DNA of 57,459 nucleotides, counting the filler, from Dirinaria sp. TL-2023a (taxonomy: Eukaryota): assembly GCA_051941275.1 (NCBI GenBank). It is 7 parts of 7 records of this genome, joined end to end, with 100 filler letters (N's around TTAATTAATTAA, not from the genome) between each part and the next. Parts side by side here need not be neighbours in the genome. Positions count along the whole stretch, not along the records: positions 41,157 to 49,258 come from JAVEBF010001233.1; positions 49,359 to 57,459 come from JAVEBF010001234.1; 5 more parts are not named here. One strand, written 5' to 3'. Shown one piece after another: positions 47,820 to 57,459 of this stretch; positions within the stretch are counted from its first letter, which is position 1, and every line of letters starts with the position of its first letter. The position numbers and the translations under genes were made by a program. Under the pieces are notes generated by a model that was not told the DNA's origin, ran no database searches, and worked only from the letters and a program-made list of their open reading frames with translations.

Positions 47820-48713
47820 ATGGCTAGTGCGCAGGAGGAAACCAGCACAAAAACCGTCATCGTCACTGGCTCCAGCAGAGGAATGTCGGTAATATCAGAC
47901 CCCACTAAACCGAACCCAATATCCCACTGACGGGCCTTTCCCAGTGGGAAAGCAATCGCGATCCGCCTCGCCCAAGATGGCTTTGACGTGTGTATCAACG
48001 ACATCGAAGCCAGCACGCATGAGATCACGGAATGCGTGGCCGAAATCCAATCCCTCGGCCGCAAAGCCGTCGGGATCACCGCCGACGTCGGCAAACGCTC
48101 GGAGGTGGAGCGTCTGGTCCAGGAATCCGTCTCCGCGCTCGGCCCGTTGAGCGTGATGGTCGCGAACGCGGGGATCGCGCAGGTGAAAGGGGTCCTGGAC
48201 ATATCAGAAGCGGACGTGGAGCGCATGTTCACGGTGAACTTCTGCGGCGTCTTCAACTGCTACCAGGTGGCCGCGAAACAGTTCATCGCGCAGCAGGCGG
48301 GGACGACGACGAAGACCACGACCACCGGCGGGGGAGGCAAGATCATCGGCGCGGCTAGCATCGCCGCCTTCCGCCCCTTTTCGCTGCTATCGCACTACTC
48401 GGCCTCGAAATGGGCCGTGCGGGGGCTCACCCAGGCCTTCGCGATGGAGGTCGCCCGGCACAGCATTACCGTTAACGCCTACGCTCCCGGCATCGTGGGC
48501 ACGGCGATGTGGGATGAGATTGATGAGAAGATGGGGCAGATCTCAGGCGCAGCCAAGGGGGAGACGTTGAAGCAATATAGTGGGGGCATCCCGCTGGGCC
48601 GGGTCAGTGTGCCGGAGGATGTAGCTAAGGTTGTGAGTTTCCTGGCGGGAGAGGGGAGCGAGTACGTGACGGGACAGACGTGGATTGTGGATGGGGGGTT
48701 GCAATTTAGTTGA
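47820..48713 (+). CDS. Short-chain dehydrogenase/reductase, acetoin(diacetyl) reductase / 2,3-butanediol dehydrogenase type
   Basis: Exons 47820-47884 and 47945-48713. TGSSRG(I)GKAIA Rossmann motif split by the intron; NAGIAQV; catalytic YSASK; WAVRGLTQA; NAYAPGIVGTAMWDEID; VTGQTWIVDGG. Confidence 0.92.
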
Positions 48714-49258
48714 AGAGCAAAATAATGGCTGCTGTCGGGTTTTTTGGTTGTTGTTTGGTGCTTCGGGAATGTCGGCTTATATTTGGTTAATGAGGTATCT
48801 TTGAGCTGGCAATAGATTTCTCCGGTGAACCCTTCTAGGGATTTAATACCCCTTTGTTCCCCTAACCCCCAGATTAAAAACATAGACCAAGAAAAAACTC
48901 CATGGTAATCCCCTCAAAACTCCACTGAGAGCACCCTACATTTCTATATACACACATACCACCTATAAAACCATCTCAAATCTGCAAGTAAGCAAACAAA
49001 CAAGCAAGCGAATGAATATATCTATTCTATACACAGAGCGTTTCGTCTCGAAGAGGAAAGAAGAGAGAAAAGGCGGGGGTTTGGGTTATGGTTTTAAATG
49101 GGTATTGGAGGGGAAGCCAAGGCTGGGTAAGGGGAAGGATGAATTAAAAGCTCACAAGGAAAACGAGGGGTTGAAATTCCATTTTCTTATCAAAAGGAGT
49201 GGTTCTGGCAGAGATGCGAAATATGCTTCGAGGAAGAGATTAGGGTGAGAATCGATTC

Positions 49259-49358
49259 NNNNNNNNNNNNNNNNNNNNNNNNNNNNNNNNNNNNNNNNNN
49301 NNTTAATTAATTAANNNNNNNNNNNNNNNNNNNNNNNNNNNNNNNNNNNNNNNNNNNN
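49259..49358. other. Artificial contig-joining spacer
   Basis: 44 N + TTAATTAATTAA + 44 N. Confidence 0.98.
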
Positions 49359-49753
49359 CTTTTTGGGGAGCATCCAGTATAGGGTAGGGTGGTATTGATG
49401 GGTTTGGTTTGTCTTGATCGGTGGGCCTTTTTTCTTCTTCTTCGGACTTGGTTTCGATCTGCGATATGGATAGAATTTGGGACGAGAAGCTTTGAGAACC
49501 TTTTTAGTCTTGGATTTTTCGTATAGATACGAACGGTCATGTTCTCGTAAGCTCGGACTATAAAGCCTTAGTAGATGCAAGGGCGTTGCCTTGCAGATGT
49601 GGAATTTAGAGACAGTTGTGTGGTATCGTTCTCCCCAAAAACATTGCGCCAAAGGTTTTCCATCATAGCAGGTCCCCCATCCTAAAGAACACTGGCTAGC
49701 TCTCCTGCCTTTCGTACGAACGGGGCAAAAATCGGGTGGAGTCGATGAATTTT

Positions 49754-50368
49754 TCAAGCGTAGCTTGTTCCGCCTTCGCTGACTTTATTCGCGCGGTTGT
49801 CCTTGAAGACGAGGAGGATCGAGACCAAGAACGTGACACTGTTTCTCACGCTATTAGCATCAAGCTTCCTTTCGGATCTGTGTGTTGATGATATTGAATT
49901 GACTGACCACATGACGAGATCAAAGGCAACGGCGACATCCCACTGCGCCACAGGCTGGTCATCATGATACTTCCAATGCTTGCCGTCGTCCGCGGTACAC
50001 TGCTCTTTGCCGCCGTCTACAGTAGCGTTGTTCTCGCATCCGCCTTTGTGTCTGAGCATCAGCGCCGCGGTCGCCACCCAGAGCAGGAACACCAGCACTT
50101 CCACCACCAGCCGTACGATAGTGTATACCGAGCCTCGGCCCGAGAAGGGGTTGGAGCGGTGGTGTGTGAAAATCGTGTGCGCAGCGACGAAATAGGTGAA
50201 AAGGCAGGTGATGACGCCGACGGCGAGGGCGGGGTTGATGTTGTTCCACCAGCCACGGTGGGTGCCGGAGTAGCAGATCAGGACGAGGAAGGCGACGCTG
50301 AAGAGGATCTGGACGCAGCGAGTATAGTAGAGGATTTTGGGGTTGGAGAGGAAAGCAAGGCCGGCCAT
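49754..50368 (-). CDS. Four-TM MARVEL-like membrane protein
   Basis: Start MAGLAFLSNPK at 50368. Four hydrophobic segments, R..Q in TM1, EVLVFLLWVATAA in TM3, Cys pair in the second loop. Probable 69-nt in-frame intron 49907-49839 (GTCAGT..GCTAAT..AACAG). Confidence 0.72.
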   Translation of the reverse strand: MAGLAFLSNPKILYYTRCVQILFSVAFLVLICYSGTHRGWWNNINPALAVGVITCLFTYFVAAHTIFTHHRSNPFSGRGSVYTIVRLVVEVLVFLLWVATAALMLRHKGGCENNATVDGGKEQCTADDGKHWKYHDDQPVAQWDVAVAFDLVMWSVNSISSTHRSERKLDANSVRNSVTFLVSILLVFKDNRANKVSEGGTSYA

Positions 50369-52571
50369 GGTGGAGGTTTTTGCTGTGGAAAGAGAGAGAT
50401 AGACGATCACGTAGATACTTTAAAGTCTGATGTGGTGAGAAACAGTAAGGGATGCGAAAGGGGAAAGATAGATGTATTCAGGTAATAGAGAGACAGAGCC
50501 CGCTCGACGAGACAAACAACTGTCCTTCTTGCCTTTCTTGTATGGCAACAAGGAGGCAGGATACAGGGTTTCTGCCGTTATGTATGGAGTCGAGGCGAGA
50601 GGCACAAGGCAGTGCCTCCAGCCTACCACTCAGCTTAGATGTTAATTCCGTCTACTTCTATTACTTGCAAAATGCAAGCTATGGCATATAGTGTTGCAGA
50701 TCACGAAACCATGCATGAGAAGCTCCTTCGCAACAGGGATGTGAAGCAAACAAGAATAAGGCGTCATGTGGGTAGCCTTGGAAGAGGCCGATCCTAGTAG
50801 CCAGCCATTGGATCATCCGGGGGATACACGGCTTGACTTAACCGCAGTTGCAGCAGAGGCGCAGCCGAAGTGACCCTTCGAGCTCTTTGCTTCAGGTACG
50901 CGGCCGATAATGCATGGACAATCCATATATCTGTATCATATGCCCCACGGCTACTTGCAATGGTACTCGTCATTACGAGGTTCTTACGTCAATTGTAGCT
51001 TTTGCGTCCGATCAATTCGGGTTCTTGGATGGCGCGTACGGCCAGACCATGAACATTGATTGCAGTTATTTTCGGTGTCATCGAAGGATGGCGTGGATTG
51101 TAGGGCGATGATATTTCTGAAACATGGGATGAGGCTGAAGTTGAAGGCGAAGCGCGCTTAGTCAGTGCGTTAAGCGAACATAACCCTAGGAGATCATTTA
51201 TTTTTAGCTGCTTCCCTCCAACCCTAGAAAGCTAAGATCCCTAAAGTAAGGTACTTTAGGTAGGCTCTCAGTGTACGGAGGTCGCTATAATTTCCAATAT
51301 CTCAAGCTCTTACGTGAACAGAAAGTCTCATCGACAAGATCACATTTTTTTGGCAGTTATGATAGGGTCTGAGGCATAGTCGCCGAGTGCCATCGATTCT
51401 GACGTGCATGATCGCTGGATTGAGTGAGACATAATTGGTATCACATTGGTGTTGGGTAACGGCTAAAAACCGTTGTGACAAGGATCATCTCATCAATGAT
51501 CTACAATCTTTTTATATAAAGAGAACAGCGCGGTCGATTCCTGCTCGATACGAGAGACGCACCGGTCAACCTAGAGGAATGCAGCTCTAATTCGATTAGA
51601 AGCTCAGCATAAGTGCGCGACAGATACTTCGAATGGTGCTAGGGTAAGTGGACGCCTACCTATCTAGGTGGAAACTTACCCTATCGTCTATAGTAGGTAC
51701 TTTATCTCCTTAATCTTCCGGAGATCGTGGATCCATATTAGAGCCTGGCTTTAGTTTACTTTTTCAGAATACTCTCTTATGTATCTTTTGGCCCAGCAGG
51801 GTCCTCTGAATTCCTTGACGTCCTCAGCACTGCTAAGGGATTAGCCTGAGCACTCGAGCTGTGCCGCACATTTGCTCTTCGCTACTTCAAAGGAGCTGCT
51901 CATATCTAGTGGCTGCCCAGATACAACGTTTCTTGCTCATACGAATGACTTGCAACACTATTATCTAGTATGGGAGTAGAGAGGGACCTCGCAGGGATTT
52001 GAGGGTTAGATTTAACTGGTCTGGAATGTGATCTTCCATTGTTGGGGAATGTTGTTGGGGTGTGAGATCTTGGTGGAGGGAGGATTTGATGAGAGATTGA
52101 ATTCATGGGGGGACCGGGCTTTGCTGTATGATTCTGATTGATCGTGGAAGAGAAAGGGAAGAGGGTGAGAAGGAGGTAGCCATCATTGCATGCGGCCATC
52201 ATTCTAGAAACCGGTATATAAGTGGACGGTAGCCCCCTTGAATACAGGTAAGACTTATTTCAACACTCGTGGCAATATCACGTGCGGAGTCACGTGTGGG
52301 ATACATTACCCGCTACGTGATCAACCTCCCGCCTCATCTGTAAAGGCCGACGAAGCTAAACCCTGGATAGCGATCAAGTGCTCAACGACCCATATTGTCA
52401 CCTTGCTGCCCTTGGCTAGTTAGTCTCGCTAGATTCCAGGATGTCAGAGTAGTAGCCGTTGAGGTATCATTGATACATCTAAGCGATCTACATGTTACGA
52501 ACAGTAACATCGAGGCCTTTCGTTTCAATAACCAGGATACTATCCTTTCGACCATTTCCCGCAATTGGCCC

Positions 52572-53438
52572 TCAGTCCCTCAACCACGCCCTGCGTTTTT
52601 CCTCCTTCCGCTCGCGACGCTTCTCGCGAAACTCCTTCACCTCCTTCTTGCTCAATTTCTTCCCTTGCCGCTCCGCCTTCAAGCTACGCCCGTCGTGGGA
52701 GTTGGCCGCTTTATCTACATCAAAGAAAGCACCCATCTGCCGCTTGCTCTTGGCCTCGTCATTATGGTTCTCGGGGCTGATGTGATGTGGCTGCCATTTT
52801 CCTGTAAAGCGGTTGAATACCCCGGTCGCAGTGTAGATCTCACCCACTGCCTCCGCATTTGCCGCGCTGGACGCTATGTCGCCTTCTTCCCCCGGGACTG
52901 TGGTGGCTCCCGACGTGTCTTCTTGCGCGTACGAGGCCGTAGGGTCGTAGTCTCCATGGATGGCTGGATCATAGCCGCCATACGGCCGCGGCTGTTGCTG
53001 TTTCTGTTGCGGTTCGGGAGATGAGGTCGAAGGTATTCTGTCATAATTGCCTACGCCCGGCTGAGAAGCATCCGGGACGCGCGGGTTGGTCCACTGTGAG
53101 GCTTGGGTGAAACGGTTGTAGAAGTAGTAGGCGCCAGCATGGGGATCCCAGACCGGGTCCCAGCCGTCGTCGGGCGGTTCTTCTGAGGGTAGAGGGGGAG
53201 CTGTATCATTAGGTAAGGCGGGGTTTGTCGAGGTCTCCGTACTTGAATTGTCGTTTTGGGTTTCTTTTCCTTCTGGTTTGGAACTGGTTGATCTCATGTT
53301 CCTGTTCTCCTCATTAAGTTTTGCATCGGTGATCTCCGGGGAGGTGGTGCCTCCTTCGGCTTCGGCTTCAGCATCTCCGCGTTCTGGCTGCACACTGCTA
53401 CGGGCTACCCCTTCTCCATGCGAGCTGCGGTTCGACAT
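52572..53438 (-). CDS. WW-domain protein with basic C-terminus
   Basis: WW domain GWDPVWDPHAGAYYFYNRFTQASQWTNP. C-terminal FNRFTGKWQ..PENHNDEAKSKRQMGAFFDVD..KEEKRRAWLRD. Confidence 0.88.
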   Translation of the reverse strand: MSNRSSHGEGVARSSVQPERGDAEAEAEGGTTSPEITDAKLNEENRNMRSTSSKPEGKETQNDNSSTETSTNPALPNDTAPPLPSEEPPDDGWDPVWDPHAGAYYFYNRFTQASQWTNPRVPDASQPGVGNYDRIPSTSSPEPQQKQQQPRPYGGYDPAIHGDYDPTASYAQEDTSGATTVPGEEGDIASSAANAEAVGEIYTATGVFNRFTGKWQPHHISPENHNDEAKSKRQMGAFFDVDKAANSHDGRSLKAERQGKKLSKKEVKEFREKRRERKEEKRRAWLRD

Positions 53439-54058
53439 GATGGGTGCATGTCAGTGTGAAGTAAGCGGGGATGCTGCGAAAGAGAAAGAGCAACCAGAGC
53501 GAAGATCTCCAACAAATGAGGTGTCTCGGTATCGGTACACTCAAGACTCTTTTGGACGCGAGGACGCTTAGTGGACTTGGCAGACTGCCTTGACTCGCTT
53601 GGCAATTTTCATAAGGTAAGCGAAATATGGGTGAATCTCGGGTGCATCTCGGCAGGCTCGGAAGAAACCGCGGGGGCGGCTGCAGGCACTGCGGGAAGGC
53701 ATCATCACTCGTCATTCCCCCACTGGTTGCAGGCTATGAACAGAGCCAGACCGAGGGGACTGGATGCACCCCCGCTGTATATGCGAAAATGTCCTCCAGA
53801 TATGCTGCTGTCAGAAGGGTCTTCTGACTTTTCTTCTCAAAGATGTTCATCCATCGTCATGGCTGCACATGTCTCGACTGATTTGCACTTCAAACATTTG
53901 TGCTGATCAAAACTCAGTGCCTGGTTTGCAGGCTGAGTCTCTTTCCAGGGCTTTCGTCCCATCTTTCTCCAATTCTATACCCGCTCTAGATTGACCTTAC
54001 TCTGCATAGTGGCTCTCTGATAATAGGATAGCTATCCATAACATATCAGATTTTCAAG

Positions 54059-55728
54059 ATGTCTAGCATCAAAGACAGGCTCTTGGACAAGAAGACCGAG
54101 GTGGTCCTCTTCTCCTCCACCGCCATAGCCCTGTATGGCTACGATCAAGGCATGATGTCGCTGATCAACACCAACTACGATTATCTCGACACCATGGGCA
54201 TTGCTGAAGATGATCCCCTGGTCGGCATCATTGTCTCGGTATACTACCTCGGATGTGCCGTTGGGGCCGTTTTGGCCAGTCTGCTCGCAGACAAAAAGGG
54301 CCGCAAACCTAGCATCTTCGTATCTCTAGCCACTGCCGCCTTGGGAAACGTGCTTATGTTTGTTGCTGGCTTAGGCTATGATCGAGGCGCTATGACCATG
54401 ATGTTCTTGGGCAGAATTATCATGGGCCTAGGCGTGGGTGGCATTGATGCAGTCGTACCCGTCTATTCATCCGAGTTGAATGAGGAAGGGGGTCGAGGCA
54501 AAGCACTAGCGCAGGAATTCCAATCCAACATCTTCGGCCTAAACATGGCCTTTGCGATAAACTTAGGACTGACGACTGGCTTGGGCAAGGACAACCAATG
54601 GGGTATATTCACCTCCTAGTCGCTGTCATTGCTTTGCTGACAGAGGCTGCAGCATGGCGTATTCCAATTATAGTGATGCAGATATATCCTGTTCTTCTCC
54701 TCGCAGTCATTTATCGCCTCCCTGAAGCCCCTCGTTGGTTTGTCTTCCACGACTGCCAAGATGACGCCCACCTTGCATTAGCAGACATATATGGCGAGGA
54801 CGAAGCCAAAGGCAAGCTGGACGAATTGAACAAAGCTCACGAAGAAGAGTCGGCACATTCGGTTGGCTATAGCGATATGTTGATTCCCGGCGGGAACTCA
54901 TTCCATCCGACTGTTATCACCATCATGGGGCAAGTCAACCAGGCGTTGACCGGGTATGGGGCCGTCAGCGTGTACGGGCCTCAAATCTTTGAGCTCTTAG
55001 GCTTCGGTGTCCAAAAGGCAGAATTTCTGACACAAGGGAACTACATATCGTACTTTTTCCTCATGACATTTGCTTGGCTCCTCATCGATCGTGTTGGGCG
55101 ACGTATCCTCATGGTGTCGGGCAGCGTAGCGCTAGTGATCTCATTCCTACTCCTCACACTATTCGGAGGACTGGCTCGGCACGTTGAAGACCTTGACATC
55201 CCGAACTTGGCGGTCTCCATCCCCGGCAGCGTAGTGCTTTTTTTTGCGACTGGCGTGTTCGGCGTCGGCTGGCTCACGGAGGTGTGGCTCATTCCGACGG
55301 AAATCTTCCCCTCAACCTCTCGAGCTCAGGGATCTGCTATCTCGGTCATAATTTGGGGTATTGCTAATTTCGCCGTCACGCTCATCGTGCCTATTCTCTT
55401 CAACAATCTTAATTATTGGCTCTTCCTCGTTTTCGCTGTCACGAACCTCTTCGCCTTGTGGTGGACTTGGGTAAGTCCTAGGAGTTCCCCGACATTATCC
55501 TTCAAATTCGACTTCCGCTAACGAATATTTTTAATTCAGCTATTCTGCCCGGAAACAGGCGGGCGATCCTTCGAGCAAAACCAACAATTCTTCGAAGACG
55601 CGAAGAAAACAGGATCCTGGTCCGTCAACAAGGTTAACAAAGGCGAATTCAAGCGTATGCCGCAAAGCGAGAAAAACCGTGGCCAGGAAGACGGTGAAAA
55701 TGCCCCCCTGCTTGGCAACCGCGAGTAA
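54059..55728 (+). CDS. MFS sugar-porter family transporter
   Basis: Exons 54059-54602, 54653-55470, 55540-55728. Motifs LYGYDQG, DKKGRK, GRIIMGLGVG, VPVYSSE, W|AWRIP, PEAPRW, QALTG, DRVGRR, PTEIFP..SRAQG and CPETGGRSFE. Confidence 0.94.
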
Positions 55729-57459
55729 GATATCCTGAAAATTGTCGGTGGCTTTCCCCCTTCGCCTGCTGCTTATTCAGGTATAAATCACCTTCGCTTG
55801 GCCTCGCGAATATGATCTAAGCGACGCGAACTTCATGTTGCACTTATAATCTATATATACCCAGACCTCGTCCAGTGCTGGCTGGCTTGTCTCTAGAAAA
55901 CGCTTTACCGCGGTTAATTGAATAGATTACTCGTTCATAGGGATTGGAAATAGCCAGATCCTCGATCACTAATCAGGAATCGTGTGCCCCTGATGCCCTG
56001 ACACAAGCTCATTTTTCAGTCTCAAAAGCAAATGTGGTCTTGGCTCGAACATTTTTCTCCCATCTCCAATATCTGCTGTTGACGTATCTAGTGGGAACTC
56101 GATTTTACTAGCGTCACCTCTTAAGAGACAGGATTGGTACTCTTCCGTCTTTCGCCATTCTGTTCTCTGGTGCTTTGATAGAATCTCGTGAAGTAATCTA
56201 CCATAAGTTCGTCGCGAAGTAAGCGTCTCTTTCGGAGCCCTGTGTAGCTGGTTGAAAGTGTACAATCCCCTTCCTGTCTCCAAGAAAAAAATAAATAAAT
56301 AAAAAGGGGATAAAAACCCCCCTTCTTCCTCCAAGATAGATAAAAAAAAATCGGTTATGTATCTCCGTTTCATATATCTCGAAACATCTTACCTTCCCCC
56401 TTGAAAAATCCATCTGATGGAAACGAATATTGAGTCATGGTTTTTGCGGTAAGGCGTGTTTTCATAGATTTTCTTTGAGACTGCGAAATTCGGAGTTTTA
56501 TGGTTTGCCTGATTTTTATTGATTTAACCAGAGAGAGAGAAAGCATGGAGGGCTTGTGTCAGATTAGTAGGGCCAACGAGTCAATTGCACCTGTTTGGTA
56601 TGTGTATGTAGCATGTATTGTCTAAAGTCTATGGAAAAGCATTTGTGGGCACTATTTACCCTTAGTGGTGTTGAGGTAAGGTTGCCTAGTCTAGAAGCTA
56701 GACCGTTTGGGTCAACCTATCTAAGAAATGTTGTTGGAGGTGTTGAGGCAGTTTTACAGCTTGGATCGGAGGGTAGGTTGCTGCTGCCCCGAGGAGGGGC
56801 AACGGGGGTGGGGATTAGGTTTTCTGAGATCTTCTTGATCTTTTGTATCTATATACAGTCTGGCCGGTCTTTTTTTTTAAATTTGGCTGTTCATGAACGA
56901 CGGCTTTAAAAGAAGACTTGCTTGATATATACCTCTCATAACCCCTCTCGTATCCAGTGTTCGACCAAATTTTAAAATGTAAGGAATGAATGAAGTAAGC
57001 GGTTTAACTTGAATTGAGAGATACGCATTCTTTTTCTTTTAGCTGAGCAGTTTTAGTAAACCCCACCTGTTTGGTCTCAAATTTTCCTCAAGGAGACAAA
57101 TATCGCTCTCTCCCTCTTTCTCATTCTCCGACTACAATAATAAGTCCCGTCATACACCCAAAAAGCACCCCTCCCCCCTAGATACCAAACAAAGAACCCC
57201 ATCGCTCACTAACCCAAACCCTGCACCATATCTATCCCTAACCCACATACACATCACCAGATCATATCTCTGTTCTCACTCAGTGCTATACCCCTCAGCA
57301 ATACGCAGAATAAATTATCTCTCGTCACCCCAGAACCCTTGGTTCTCAAATAATTTTCTTCCCACAGGCATACTGATATGGAGACCGAACACACCACTTT
57401 TTGTCTTTGTCATCTTTTTGTACGAGGAGTTTTATTTATACACGAAATGAGATGAAACC

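Noticed and set aside
55969..57459. ORFs in the final AT-rich 1.5 kb
   Set aside because: Low-complexity, homopolymer-driven frames with no recognisable product.

Overview
Fungal (Pezizomycotina ascomycete) genomic DNA with short GT-AG introns. The window is not one locus. It is seven unrelated ~8.1 kb contigs sorted by decreasing length (8156, 8145, 8144, 8106, 8105, 8102, 8101 bp) and joined by an artificial 100-bp spacer (44 N + TTAATTAATTAA + 44 N), so adjacency across a spacer means nothing. Reading splice sites by hand gave 19 gene models, two of them truncated: VPS41 (3' truncated), an RMD1/DUF155 protein, a T-complex-11 protein, a secreted arylsulfotransferase-like protein, a PTH11-like receptor, a Fet3-like multicopper oxidase, a four-finger CCCH protein, a secretory single-pass membrane protein, a DUF1752/AreA-N motif protein, a GPI-CFEM protein, a DUF1275 protein, an epoxide hydrolase, a GNAT, an acetoin-reductase-type SDR, a MARVEL protein, a WW protein, a sugar porter and several orphans. 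The most striking element is a ~550-bp degenerate 16-bp tandem array with ~150-bp higher-order structure. It has no upstream AUG and sits just before the start codon of a gene encoding four CCCH zinc fingers with an unusual C-x7/8-C-x6-C-x3-H spacing. Other notable points: the multicopper oxidase lacks the Fet3 iron-binding carboxylates and membrane anchor; the CFEM domain has 6 Cys and lacks one whole disulfide pair; an orphan has a triple helical repeat; three introns are stop-free and 3n in length. All family calls come from motif recognition by eye; no searches were run.
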